64,000 nucleotides of DNA from Gemmatimonas sp. (GTDB lineage: Bacteria; Pseudomonadota; Alphaproteobacteria; SMXQ01). The notes under the pieces are model-generated. The model did not search any database and was not told the DNA's origin. It worked only from the letters and a program-made list of their open reading frames with translations. The stretch covers positions 3,669-67,668 of the forward strand of contig JBLNCI010000009.1 of the NCBI GenBank assembly GCA_050260515.1, given 5' to 3'. Position 1 is the first letter of the stretch. Each line of letters opens with the position of its first letter. Below, piece by piece: positions 22,387-32,015 of the stretch. The position numbers and the translations under genes are program-made.

Positions 22387-22725
22387 CTACTTCGGCTGCA
22401 CCGGAGAGCCCGGCCCGCCCGGCGGAGGGATCACCGGCGTGCGGCCCACGTTGGGCGCCGGCTTGGTCATGTTCGGATCCACCTCGGCGGGCGGACAGAC
22501 GATGCCGCCGGATTGCGACAACTGATCGCTCGGCGTGCGGCCCTGCGGCTCGCGGGCCGGGGGGCCGGGCGGACTTGCCGGACCACCGGAATAGCACTGG
22601 TCCGCCGGCGCCTGGCGCGGCGGACGCTCCGGCGTCTCGGTCTGAGCCCACGCCGTCGCTGCCGCGACCGACAGCAACGCTGCGGTCATGGACCACACGT
22701 GCCGATATCGGATGGTCATGCGCAT
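22387..22725 (-). CDS. small secreted proline-rich protein (hypothetical)
   Basis: C-terminal part of ORF 22387..23247(-) from ATG 22725 (MRMTIRYRHVWSMTAALLSVAAATAWAQTE...). Signal peptide then a Pro-rich ~85-aa mature region with 2 Cys. The upstream part of the ORF is Arg-rich GC noise. Confidence 0.45.
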   Translation of the reverse strand: MRMTIRYRHVWSMTAALLSVAAATAWAQTETPERPPRQAPADQCYSGGPASPPGPPAREPQGRTPSDQLSQSGGIVCPPAEVDPNMTKPAPNVGRTPVIPPPGGPGSPVQPK

Positions 22726-22844
22726 TCTCCCAACGTCATCGTTGCTCTCGATGAGACAACGTCCGGCGCCGGCCTTCCGCGCGCACTGCGCCGATGAATT
22801 CTGGACCGACTGGGCGGCCCAGTTGCGACCGCCGCCGGTCGAGA

Positions 22845-23519
22845 TCAGGCCGACGTGCCGCTTCTGGTCCCAAGACCGGCGAGGAGGTCGGCGAAGCGCT
22901 CGCCTTGCACCGTCACATGGCCGCGAATCTCGCGCGCGGCGCGCTCCTCGTCTCCGGCGACAATCGCGGCGACGATCGCCTCGTGCTCGGCGAGGGACGC
23001 GGCCAGGCGATTGCGCACCCGGAGCTGCAACCGTCGATATGACGCGAGACGCTTCTGCAGCGCCGCCGCCTGCTCGGCTACGAATCCGTTCTGGGCGGCG
23101 GCGTAGATCGCCTGGTGGAACCGCTCGTTCTCGTAATAGTACGCGTCGGAGTCGGCGAGCTCGGCTGGGCGGCGGCAGCGATCGAGTGCGTCGGCCATGG
23201 CGCTGCGATCGGAGGCCCGGAGTCGACGCGCCGAGAGCCGCGCGCACATCGCCTCGATCTCGGCCATCAGCTCGAACATCTCGATAAGACGCTTGAGGCT
23301 GGGGGCGCTGACGATCGCGCCGCGGTGCGGACGTAGTTCGACGAGGCCGGCGGAAGCGAGCGCCTGCAGCGCTTCGCGGATCGGCGTGCGCGAGACGCCG
23401 AAGCGGTTCGCCAGCGACACCTCGTCGAGTCGCGTATCGGGAGCAAAGGTGCCGGTGAGGATCTCGGCCTCGATGGAGGCGCGAAGATGGGCGGAAACGC
23501 TCGGTTTCGTGGCGGCCAT
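22845..23519 (-). CDS. GntR-family transcriptional regulator (FadR subfamily), likely malonate-responsive MatR-like
   Basis: ORF 22845..23630(-). Conserved start at MAATKPSVSAHLRASIEAEILTGTFAPDTRLDEVSLANRFGVSRTPIREALQAL (winged HTH) plus FCD-type C-domain. Divergent from the matA-matB ORF. Confidence 0.8.
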   Translation of the reverse strand: MAATKPSVSAHLRASIEAEILTGTFAPDTRLDEVSLANRFGVSRTPIREALQALASAGLVELRPHRGAIVSAPSLKRLIEMFELMAEIEAMCARLSARRLRASDRSAMADALDRCRRPAELADSDAYYYENERFHQAIYAAAQNGFVAEQAAALQKRLASYRRLQLRVRNRLAASLAEHEAIVAAIVAGDEERAAREIRGHVTVQGERFADLLAGLGTRSGTSA

Positions 23520-23525
23520 GACAAG

Positions 23526-23594
23526 ATTATACAATCGCCCAATGCATTGTATGCAACCTGCTTGACTCGCTTCGGGGCTGTGCAATCCTTTGCA
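23526..23594. promoter_or_regulatory. AT-rich palindromes (ATACAAT-N11-ATTGTAT; TGCAA-N4-TTGCA) in the matR / matAB divergent intergenic region, candidate GntR/FadR-type operators
   Basis: attatacaatcgcccaatgcattgtatgcaa...tgcaatcctttgca. Conspicuously AT-rich against a ~68% GC background. Confidence 0.35.
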
Positions 23595-23791
23595 GCGACA
23601 AGCCGAATACGGCAGCGGCCGTCGCGCCACCCCGCGATACGGACGACGGAAACAGGGAGTCCACCGTGCAGAAGCTCATCGCAGCCGCCGTCGGCGCATG
23701 CGCGCTCGCATCCCGCTCTGGTCGTCGCTCCCATCGCCATTTCGCTCTTCCATTTCACTCCTCGAAAGCGTGATGCGGGATCGGTGACATC

Positions 23792-26713
23792 ATGGCGATG
23801 TCCGGGTTCGGCAACTTCCTGCACGGTGTGGCGCGGCGCGGCGTCGCGCTCGCGCGCGAGATGCGGGGCGCGCCCGAACCGCAGCAGGACCCGGTGGCCG
23901 CGCTGGTCGAGGAATGCGAGGCGCTGCTGACGAGCCGCGGCGAGGCGTCGGGGGCCGCCATGGCCCAGGACATCCTCGCGCGGTGGAGCGCGCTCGACCG
24001 GGATCAGCGCAAGGATTTCCTCATCGCGCTCGGCGACCGCTTCGGCCCCGACAAGGATCGTGTGGAAGCGGCGATCGCCGCCTACCAGAAGAGCGCAGAC
24101 CCGCTGACGCTCACGCGCCTCCACGAGGCGGCGGAGCCGCGCCGCCAGGAGCTGATCCGCCGCCTCAACCTCGCCAGCGGCGGTACCAAGGCGCTGGTCG
24201 ACATGCGAGAGGAGCTGCTCCGTCACCGCGGTAGCTCGTCCGCCCTGAAAGCCGTCGACGCCGATTTCTTCCACCTGTTCTCGTCGTGGTTCAACCGCGG
24301 CTTCCTCGCGCTCCACCGCATCGACTGGGCGACTCCGGCGTCGATCCTCGAGAAGATCATCCGCTATGAGGCGATCCACGCGATCAACGATTGGGACGAG
24401 CTGCGCCGCCGCATGGAGCCGTCCGACCGCAGGTGCTTCGGCTTCTTCCATCCCCAGCTCGCCGACGAGCCGCTGATCTTCGTCGAGGTCGCGCTGACGA
24501 CGGCGGTTCCGGACAACGTCGACACGCTGCTGACGGCCCACCGGACGCCGATGGCGGCCTCGGAGGCGACGACGGCGGTGTTCTACTCGCTGTCGAAGTG
24601 CCACAAGGGATTGGCCGGAGTTTCATTCGGCAACTTCCTGATCAAGCAGGTGGTCGAGGACCTTCGCCGGGAATTGCCGCGGCTCGAAACGTTCGTCACG
24701 CTGTCGCCCGTGCCGGGCTTCGCCGCCTGGCTCGACCGCGAGCGCAAGTCGGAGTCCGCCGCCGTCCTGAGCGCGCGCGACAAGGATATCCTCATCGGCC
24801 TCGACGTTCCCGGGTGGCAGGACGATCCCGCCGTCGTCGAGGCGGTGCGCGGGCCGATGCTGCGCGCGGCGGCGCACTATTTCCTGACCGCACGAACGTC
24901 TTCAGGGGGCATCGTCGATGCCGTCGCACGGTTCCATCTCGGCAACGGCGCGCGCCTCGAGCGCCTGAACTATCTCGCCGACCGTTCGCCCAACGGCATG
25001 CGCCAGTCGTACGGACTGATGGTCAACTATCTCTACGAACTCGGCGACATCGAGGCGAACCACGAGACGTTCGCGGCGCGCAACGAGGTCGTGACGACCG
25101 AGAGCGTGCGCCGGTGGCTCGGTGCCTTGGAGGAGTCGTCGCCGTTAAAGGCGTTCGCCCAGCGCCTGATGCGACCGAAAGCGAAGAACCACCTGTTCGA
25201 TCTCATTCGCTCCCGCATCGCCGGCCGCCAGCGGGCCTTCATCGAGACCGCCGACGGGCGGCAGCTCACCTATCAGGACGCGCTCGACACCTCCGCGCGG
25301 CTTGCGAATGCCCTGGTCTCATTCGCCGTCGCTCCCGGTGATCGCGTCGCCGTGCAGGTGGAGAAGAGTCCCGAAGCGATCCTGCTGTACCTCGCGTGTC
25401 TGCGCGCGGGCGCGGTGTATCTGCCGCTGAACACCGGCTACACCCTGGCCGAGCTCGAGTACTTCATCGGCGATGCCGAACCGAAGCTCGTCGTGTGCGA
25501 TCCGGCGGTGGCCGCGTCGCTGGAATCCGTCGCGGTCAAGCACGGCGGCACGGTGGCGACGCTGGGCGCGGACGGCGCCGGCACCCTGATGGACGCGGCG
25601 CGCGCCATGGCGGCGGATTTCGCCGACGTCGCACGCGCGCCCGAGGACCTCGCGGCGATCCTCTACACGTCGGGAACCACCGGCCGGTCGAAAGGCGCGA
25701 TGCTGTCCCACGACAACCTCGGCTCGAATGCCACCACGCTCGCCGGCTACTGGCGCTTCACGGCCGACGACGTCCTGCTCCACGCGCTGCCGATCTTCCA
25801 CACCCACGGGCTGTTCGTCGCCACCAACGTCACGCTGATGGCGGGCTCGTCGATGCTGTTCCTGGCCAAATTCGACGCCGACGAGATCATGCGGCTGATG
25901 CCCCAGGCCAGCGTGATGATGGGCGTGCCCACGTTCTACGTCCGCCTTCTCCAGCATCCGGAGCTTACTCGCGAGGCGACGGCGCACATGCGCCTGTTCA
26001 TCTCGGGCTCCGCCCCGCTGCTTGCGGAGACCCACGTGGAGTGGGAGCGGCGGACGGGGCACCGCATCCTCGAACGGTACGGGATGACGGAAACGAACAT
26101 GAACACCTCGAATCCCTACGACGGCGTGCGCAAGGCGGGGACCGTCGGCTTTCCGCTTCCCGGGGTGTCGCTACGGATCACGGATCCCGCGACCGGAGCT
26201 CCGCTTCCCAACGGCGCCGTCGGCATGATCGAGGTCAAGGGGCCGAACGTGTTCCGCGGCTACTGGCGCATGCCGGAGAAGACCCGCGCCGAGTTCCGCG
26301 CCGACGGCTACTTCATCACCGGCGATCTCGGCACGATCGACGGTGACGGGTATGTCAGCATCGTCGGCCGCGACAAGGACATGGTCATCACGGGCGGATT
26401 GAACGTCTATCCCAAGGAAGTGGAGGAGGCGATCGACGCGCTGCCGGGGGTCGTCGAGTCGGCGGTGTTCGGCGTGCCGCATCCCGACTTCGGCGAGGGC
26501 GTGACCGCGGCGGTGGTGCGCGCCAACGGCGCGGCGGTCGACGAGCGCATGATTCAGCAATCGCTCGCCGGCAAGCTCGCCAGGTTCAAGCAACCCAAGC
26601 GCGTCCTGTTTGTCGACGAGCTGCCGCGCAACACCATGGGCAAGGTGCAGAAGAACGTGCTGCGGGAGACGCACGCCGACCTGTATGACGCCGAGGGGGC
26701 GTCCACGTCGTAA
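23792..26713 (+). CDS. matAB: in-frame fusion: malonyl-CoA decarboxylase (MatA/MCD, aa 1-~459) plus malonyl-CoA synthetase (MatB, AMP-binding, aa 460-973)
   Basis: Single ORF 23792..26713(+), 973 aa. The N-terminal half matches the MCD family (...FHLGNGARLERLNYLADRSPNGMRQSYGLMVNYLYEL...). From MRPKAKNHLFDLIRSRIAGRQRAFIETADGRQLTYQDAL (ATG 25169) it is collinear with MatB-type acyl-CoA synthetases (AMP-binding motif LYTSGTTGRSKGAM, GYWR, GDL). No stop codon separates the two halves. Confidence 0.8.
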   Translation: MAMSGFGNFLHGVARRGVALAREMRGAPEPQQDPVAALVEECEALLTSRGEASGAAMAQDILARWSALDRDQRKDFLIALGDRFGPDKDRVEAAIAAYQKSADPLTLTRLHEAAEPRRQELIRRLNLASGGTKALVDMREELLRHRGSSSALKAVDADFFHLFSSWFNRGFLALHRIDWATPASILEKIIRYEAIHAINDWDELRRRMEPSDRRCFGFFHPQLADEPLIFVEVALTTAVPDNVDTLLTAHRTPMAASEATTAVFYSLSKCHKGLAGVSFGNFLIKQVVEDLRRELPRLETFVTLSPVPGFAAWLDRERKSESAAVLSARDKDILIGLDVPGWQDDPAVVEAVRGPMLRAAAHYFLTARTSSGGIVDAVARFHLGNGARLERLNYLADRSPNGMRQSYGLMVNYLYELGDIEANHETFAARNEVVTTESVRRWLGALEESSPLKAFAQRLMRPKAKNHLFDLIRSRIAGRQRAFIETADGRQLTYQDALDTSARLANALVSFAVAPGDRVAVQVEKSPEAILLYLACLRAGAVYLPLNTGYTLAELEYFIGDAEPKLVVCDPAVAASLESVAVKHGGTVATLGADGAGTLMDAARAMAADFADVARAPEDLAAILYTSGTTGRSKGAMLSHDNLGSNATTLAGYWRFTADDVLLHALPIFHTHGLFVATNVTLMAGSSMLFLAKFDADEIMRLMPQASVMMGVPTFYVRLLQHPELTREATAHMRLFISGSAPLLAETHVEWERRTGHRILERYGMTETNMNTSNPYDGVRKAGTVGFPLPGVSLRITDPATGAPLPNGAVGMIEVKGPNVFRGYWRMPEKTRAEFRADGYFITGDLGTIDGDGYVSIVGRDKDMVITGGLNVYPKEVEEAIDALPGVVESAVFGVPHPDFGEGVTAAVVRANGAAVDERMIQQSLAGKLARFKQPKRVLFVDELPRNTMGKVQKNVLRETHADLYDAEGASTS

Positions 26714-26810
26714 AGCTCGTAGCGCGGCGCCTTGTTGCGGGCCGCCGCGTCAGTGTCGCCAGTCAACGAAAACCGCCGGCGCATCCGCCCGGCAATCGAG
26801 GGAGGCTTCC

Positions 26811-27833
26811 ATGGATAGCGTTCGTCGCCGGCTTGTGATCGGCGGGCTCACACTGCCGTTGCTGATGGGGCAGCGTTTCGCGTTCGCCCAAAGCTCCAAG
26901 ACGCTCAAGATCTCGCACCAGTTCCCGGGCGGGACCATCGACGAGGGCGATTTCCGCGACCGCCTGGTCCGCAAGTTCGCCCAGCAAGTCGAAGCGAAGA
27001 CCAACGGCGCGCTCAAGTTCCAGATCTATCCGGGCTCGTCGCTGATGAAGACCAATGCCCAGTTCAGCGCGATGCGGAAGGGTGCCCTCGATGCGAGCCT
27101 CGTCCCTCTGTCGTACGCCGGCGGCGAGGTGCCGGAGGTCAACATCGGCCTGATGCCGGGGCTGGTCACCAGCTACGACCAGGGCGCGAAATGGAAGAAC
27201 TCCGAGGTCGGCAAGCTGCTCTCGGAGATCCTCGATCAGAAGGGCATTCAGGTCGTGAGTTGGATCTGGCAGGCGGGCGGCGTCGCCAGCCGGTCGAAGC
27301 CGCTCGTCCAGCCCGAGGATGCCAAGGGCATGAAGGTTCGCGGCGGCAGCCGCGAGATGGACCTGATGCTGAAGGCCGCCGGTGCTTCGGTGCTGTCGCT
27401 GCCCTCCGACGAGATCTACGCCGCGATGCAGACGGGCGCCATGGATGCGGCGATGACGTCGTCCACCAGCTTCATCTCCTTCAAGCTCGAGGAGATCGCG
27501 AAGCACTTCACCTCCGGCGAGAAGTACGCCTACTGGTTCATGTTCGAGCCGCTGCTCATGTCGAAGCAGGTGTTTCAGTCGCTGCCGAAGGACCAGCAGG
27601 ACGCGGTCATGTCGGTGGGCGCTGAAATGGAGACGTTCGCCGTCGAGGCGGCGCGGGCCGACGACAAGGCGGCGGCGCAGGTCTATGCCAAGGCCGGCGC
27701 CAAGGTCTACGAACTCGACGAGCCCACGGTGAAGAAGTGGCAGACGCTGGCGCGTGAGGCGGCGTGGAAGGACTACGCCAGCCACAATGCGAACTGCGCC
27801 AAGCTGCTCGCCGCGGCGGAGAAGCTCCTCTGA
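26811..27833 (+). CDS. TRAP transporter substrate-binding protein (DctP family), likely malonate/dicarboxylate
   Basis: Part of ORF 26610..27833(+) from ATG 26811 (MDSVRRRLVIGGLTLPLLMGQRFAFAQSSKTLKISHQFPGG...). DctP-family SBP. Confidence 0.85.
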   Translation: MDSVRRRLVIGGLTLPLLMGQRFAFAQSSKTLKISHQFPGGTIDEGDFRDRLVRKFAQQVEAKTNGALKFQIYPGSSLMKTNAQFSAMRKGALDASLVPLSYAGGEVPEVNIGLMPGLVTSYDQGAKWKNSEVGKLLSEILDQKGIQVVSWIWQAGGVASRSKPLVQPEDAKGMKVRGGSREMDLMLKAAGASVLSLPSDEIYAAMQTGAMDAAMTSSTSFISFKLEEIAKHFTSGEKYAYWFMFEPLLMSKQVFQSLPKDQQDAVMSVGAEMETFAVEAARADDKAAAQVYAKAGAKVYELDEPTVKKWQTLAREAAWKDYASHNANCAKLLAAAEKLL

Positions 27834-27871
27834 GCGTCGGCAGGTCGGCGGCGGGCGAGGGCGGCACGGTC

Positions 27872-28393
27872 GTGCGTTGGGCCAACCGTGCGCTCGCCCG
27901 CGTCAATGCCATGATGACCACCCTCGGCATGTGCGCGCTTGTCGCCGCGTCGCTCGTGCTCACGCACAGCGTGATCACGCGCTACTGGCTCGGCTATGCC
28001 ACCGACTGGCAGGACACAATTGCCGTGTTCTGTCTGGTCGGCGCCGTGTTCCTGTCGAGCGCCCACGTGCAGTCGATCGGCGGCCACATCGCGATCGGTG
28101 CCCTCGCCGAGGTGTTGCCGCCGCGGATCGATCGGATGCGGCGGCTGATGGTCCTCTGGTGTTCGCTCGCGTTCTGCGCCTTCTTCGCATGGAAGTCATG
28201 GTCGCTGACGTACGAAGCGTGGGAGGAAGGACATCGTCTCGCCTCCTCGTTCTCGCCGCCGCTCGCGATTCCGTATTTCATGATGTCGGTCGGGATGACG
28301 CTGCTCACGCTGCAGATACTGCTCCAGGCCATCACCCGCACGCCGCCGCCGGCTGCTCTCGATGCGCCGACCAGCCCGGTGGGCCATGTCTGA
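27872..28393 (+). CDS. TRAP transporter small permease (DctQ family)
   Basis: Frame of ORF 27764..28393(+). GTG 27872 is the first start after the dctP stop (...RWANRALARVNAMMTTLGMCALVAASLVLTHSVITRYWLGY...), 4 TM. Stop overlaps the dctM ATG. Confidence 0.7.
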   Translation: MRWANRALARVNAMMTTLGMCALVAASLVLTHSVITRYWLGYATDWQDTIAVFCLVGAVFLSSAHVQSIGGHIAIGALAEVLPPRIDRMRRLMVLWCSLAFCAFFAWKSWSLTYEAWEEGHRLASSFSPPLAIPYFMMSVGMTLLTLQILLQAITRTPPPAALDAPTSPVGHV

Positions 28394-29723
28394 CACGCTC
28401 ATCGGTTTCGCGTACGGCGGGGTGACGTTGCTCCTCATGTTCCTGGGGGTGCCGATCGCGTTTGCGCTGGGCGCGACCGCGGTGCTGTTCATGCTGTTCT
28501 TCATGCCGGCGTCCTCGCTCGATACGGTGGCGCAGAACGTCTACGAGGAGATGGCGAGCATCACCCTGCTCTCGATCCCGCTGTTCATCCTCAAGGGCGT
28601 TGCGATCGGACGGTCGCGCGCGGGCCAGGACCTCTATTCGGCCCTGCACGTGTGGCTGGGGCGCGTCCCCGGCGGCCTCGGCGTCGCCAACGTCTTCGCC
28701 TGCGGGATATTCGCGGCGATGGCCGGCTCCAGCCCGGCGACCTGCTCGGCGATCGGCGGCGCCGGCATCCCGGAGATGCGCAAATTCGGCTACTCGCCGG
28801 GGCTCGCGGCGGGAATCATCGCCGCCGGCGGGACCCTCGGGATCCTGCTGCCGCCCTCGATCACCATGATCCTCTACGCAGTCGCTGCCCAGGTGTCGCT
28901 CGGCCGGCTGTTCCTGGCGGGCGTCGGACCGGGGTTGCTGCTGGTCGCGCTGTTCGCGACCTACGCCGTCTACAAGTACAGCGCCGAGGTGCGGCAGGAG
29001 CGAGCTGCGAAGAACGCGTCGGCGGCCGCGCGCCGGCCGCTGCTCGCCTTCACATTCCGCGAGAAGATGGGCGCGCTGCCGCGCATCCTGCCCTTCGTCG
29101 TGCTCCTCATCGGCGTGATGGTGGCGCTTTACGGCGGCTACGCGACGCCGTCCGAGACGGCGGGGCTCGGCGCCGTGCTGGCGCTCGTGCTGATCGCCAT
29201 GATCTACGGCATCTGGAGGCCACGCGACCTCCGGCCGATCCTGTCGGCCACGCTGCGCGAATCGACGATGCTGATGCTCATCATCGGCATGTCGCTGCTG
29301 TTCTCCTACGTGATGAGCTACCTGCACATCAGCCAGTCCGCGGCGATGTGGCTGGTCTCGCTGCATCTCAGCCGCTGGCTGCTGCTGACCGGGATTCTGC
29401 TGATCGTCGTCGTGCTCGGCTTCTTCCTCCCGCCGGTGTCGATCATCCTGATGATCGCGCCGATCATCCTGCCGCCGCTTAAGGCGGATGGCTTCGACCT
29501 GATCTGGTTCGGCGTCCTGATGACGATCGTGATGGAGATGGGGCTGATCCATCCCCCGGTCGGCCTCAACATCTTCGTCATCAAGAGCATCGCGCCGGAC
29601 ATCTCGCTCCGCGACCTCATCTTCGGGATCCTGCCCTTCGTCGGGCTGATGCTGCTTGCGGTGGTGATGCTGTGCGTCTGGCCCGAGATCGCCACCTGGT
29701 TCCCCAAAGCCGTGATGGGCTGA
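28386..29723 (+). CDS. TRAP transporter large permease (DctM family)
   Basis: ORF 28362..29723(+) from ATG 28386 (MSDTLIGFAYGGVTLLLMFLGVPIAFALG...), ~12 TM, DctM family. Confidence 0.9.
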   Translation: MSDTLIGFAYGGVTLLLMFLGVPIAFALGATAVLFMLFFMPASSLDTVAQNVYEEMASITLLSIPLFILKGVAIGRSRAGQDLYSALHVWLGRVPGGLGVANVFACGIFAAMAGSSPATCSAIGGAGIPEMRKFGYSPGLAAGIIAAGGTLGILLPPSITMILYAVAAQVSLGRLFLAGVGPGLLLVALFATYAVYKYSAEVRQERAAKNASAAARRPLLAFTFREKMGALPRILPFVVLLIGVMVALYGGYATPSETAGLGAVLALVLIAMIYGIWRPRDLRPILSATLRESTMLMLIIGMSLLFSYVMSYLHISQSAAMWLVSLHLSRWLLLTGILLIVVVLGFFLPPVSIILMIAPIILPPLKADGFDLIWFGVLMTIVMEMGLIHPPVGLNIFVIKSIAPDISLRDLIFGILPFVGLMLLAVVMLCVWPEIATWFPKAVMG

Positions 29724-29791
29724 TCCTCTGGCCAGCGACGCGCCCTCTCCGTACACTTGCGGCACCGTTCCACTGCCGCGATGCCGACCAC

Positions 29792-30175
29792 ATGAGCGAC
29801 GAACATCCCTCCGGCGAGCTGGCGCTGCGCGCCATCGCGATGCCCGCCGACGCCAACCCCCACGGCGACATTTTCGGCGGCTGGCTGCTGTCGCAGATGG
29901 ATCTCGCCGGCGCGACGGTGGCGACCCGCCGCGCCAAGGGGCGCATCGTCACCGTGGCGATCGCCACGATGACGTTCAAGCGGCCGGTGTTCGTCGGCGA
30001 CGAGGTGAGCTGCTACGCCCGCGTCTCTAAGACCGGCCGCACGTCCATCGTCGTCGACGTGGAGAGCTGGGCCCGCCGCGGCATCGGCGGCGAGCACCTG
30101 AAGGTCACCGAGGGGGTTTTCACTTACGTCGCCGTCGACGAGGAGCGCCGCCCGAAGCCGCTTCCCCCGGAATAG
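29792..30175 (+). CDS. acyl-CoA thioesterase (hotdog fold, YciA-like)
   Basis: ORF 29672..30175(+) from ATG 29792 (MSDEHPSGELALRAIAMPADANPHGDIFGGWLLSQMDLAGA...), hotdog thioesterase signature. Confidence 0.8.
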   Translation: MSDEHPSGELALRAIAMPADANPHGDIFGGWLLSQMDLAGATVATRRAKGRIVTVAIATMTFKRPVFVGDEVSCYARVSKTGRTSIVVDVESWARRGIGGEHLKVTEGVFTYVAVDEERRPKPLPPE

Positions 30176-30267
30176 TGCAAACTGCCTGATAGACACCGCA
30201 GCGAAGCGCGGCGGAACTCCCGCAGTGCGGCATCGTTTCTTCGCAGGATCATTGCTGCGGGTCGCGC

Positions 30268-31284
30268 GTGGACGAGAACACCAGGAGCGTCGCATCCCTG
30301 TCGAGAAGGCGTGCGCTCGCGCTCCTTCTGTCCGCGCCCGTGTGCGTCGTTGCCAGGCGTGCAATCGCCCGCTCCGAAGCCCCCATCCGCATCGGCGCCC
30401 TGAAGTACGGGACCGCGGAATGGGAACTCGACGTCATCACGACGCACGGATTGGACGACGCCCACGGCGTGCGCGTAACGCCGGTGCCGCTGGCATCGAA
30501 CGAGGCCGCAAAGATCGCGTTGCTCGGCGGCTCGGTCGACATGATCGTGTCGGACTGGATATGGGTGGCGCGCCAGAGGTCCGACGGGCGCGCGCTGAGC
30601 TTCATCCCGTACTCGCTCGCGGTCGGCAGCCTCGTGACCATGGCGACGTCGCCCGTCGACGGGATCGCCGACCTCCGGCACCTCCGCATCGGAGTCGCCG
30701 GCGGACCACTCGACAAAAGCTGGCTTCTGCTGCGCGCCTTGGCGCGCCGAGAGGCCAGCTTCGATCCCGCGGCCACGGCCCGTGTCTCGTTCGCGGCGCC
30801 GCCATTGCTCGAACAGCAACTTCGGGTCGGCCGCCTCGATGCCGTGCTCACCTACTGGCACTCGGCGGCGCGACTCGAGGTTGACGGCTGCCGAGCGGCG
30901 ATCGCCGTCGCGGACATTGTGCGTCGGCTCGGCGTACCCGAGGACGTGCCGATGCTGGGCTACGTATTCCGCGATGCGTGGGCGAACGACCGCGCCGACT
31001 TGGTGCGAGGATTCGCGGCAGCCTCTCGCAAAGCGAAGGCGCTGCTGGCCGAGTCCGATGACGAGTGGCGGCGCATTGCGCCGCTGACCGGCGCCCACGA
31101 CGACCGCACGCTCGCGCTGCTGCGGGCCGGGTACCGCGACGGCATTCCGCGCACTTGGGGGCCCGCCGAGCGCGACGGGGCCGAGCGGCTGTTTGCGTAC
31201 CTGGCGGAAACCGGCGGTCGGGAGTTGGTCGGCTCTGCCCGTGGCGTCGCCCCGGGGACATTCTGGCCGGGGTTGGTCCTGTGA
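30268..31284 (+). CDS. ABC transporter substrate-binding protein, NMT1/THI5-like (nitrate/sulfonate/bicarbonate family)
   Basis: ORF 30268..31284(+), GTG start, 338 aa, Tat/Sec-like N-terminus (RRRALALLLSAPVCVVARRAIA), SsuA/TauA-like fold. Confidence 0.75.
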   Translation: MDENTRSVASLSRRRALALLLSAPVCVVARRAIARSEAPIRIGALKYGTAEWELDVITTHGLDDAHGVRVTPVPLASNEAAKIALLGGSVDMIVSDWIWVARQRSDGRALSFIPYSLAVGSLVTMATSPVDGIADLRHLRIGVAGGPLDKSWLLLRALARREASFDPAATARVSFAAPPLLEQQLRVGRLDAVLTYWHSAARLEVDGCRAAIAVADIVRRLGVPEDVPMLGYVFRDAWANDRADLVRGFAAASRKAKALLAESDDEWRRIAPLTGAHDDRTLALLRAGYRDGIPRTWGPAERDGAERLFAYLAETGGRELVGSARGVAPGTFWPGLVL

Positions 31285-32015
31285 CGGCACTCCGGCATCT
31301 CGCTCCGTTCGCGCTGCTGCTCGCGGTATGGCAGGTTGCGGCACTTGTGGCCGCAAGCCCGGCGCTTCCCGGACCCGCCGCCGTGGCCGCGGCAATGGCG
31401 GAGGAGACGGTCCATGGCCCGCTGTTGTTCCATCTCGCGGCGACCTTAGGCCGCGTCGCAGCCGGATTCGTCCTCGCGATGCTCGTCGGCACGGCGCTCG
31501 GCATCGCCATGGGCCGGTCCTCCACGGTGGACCGCTGGCTCGACGGATTGATGCTGGCGTTGCTGAACCTGCCCGCCATCGTGCTCGCGGTGCTCGTCTA
31601 CATCTGGCTCGGTCTCGGCGAGCTTGCCGTCGTCGTCACCGTTGCTGTGCTGAAGATTCCCAACGTGGCGGTGACGATCCGCGAAGGCACCCGCGCGCTG
31701 GAACGGCAATACGATGAGGTGGCCGCGGCGTACCGGCTCACATGGGCGACGCGACTGCGCGCCATCGTCTTCCCCCAGCTCGCTCCGTACATCGCGGCGA
31801 GCGCCCGCAACGGCTTCGCGCTGGCATGGAAGATCGTGCTCGTCGTCGAGCTGTTGGGGCGGTCGAGCGGCATCGGGTTCGAGTTGCAGACCTACTTCCA
31901 GCTTTTCGACGTATCGCGGGTGCTGGCCTACGCGATCGCCTTCATCGTCTGCGCGCTGCTGATCGACGTCGCCGCGGGGCGGTTGGAGAGACGGACCCTA
32001 CGGTGGCGCGTATGA
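31281..32015 (+). CDS. ABC transporter permease (binding-protein-dependent, SsuC/TauC-like)
   Basis: In-frame part of ORF 31065..32015(+) from GTG 31281 (VTALRHLAPFALLLAVWQ...), overlapping the SBP stop. EAA-like loop present. Confidence 0.8.
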   Translation: MTALRHLAPFALLLAVWQVAALVAASPALPGPAAVAAAMAEETVHGPLLFHLAATLGRVAAGFVLAMLVGTALGIAMGRSSTVDRWLDGLMLALLNLPAIVLAVLVYIWLGLGELAVVVTVAVLKIPNVAVTIREGTRALERQYDEVAAAYRLTWATRLRAIVFPQLAPYIAASARNGFALAWKIVLVVELLGRSSGIGFELQTYFQLFDVSRVLAYAIAFIVCALLIDVAAGRLERRTLRWRV

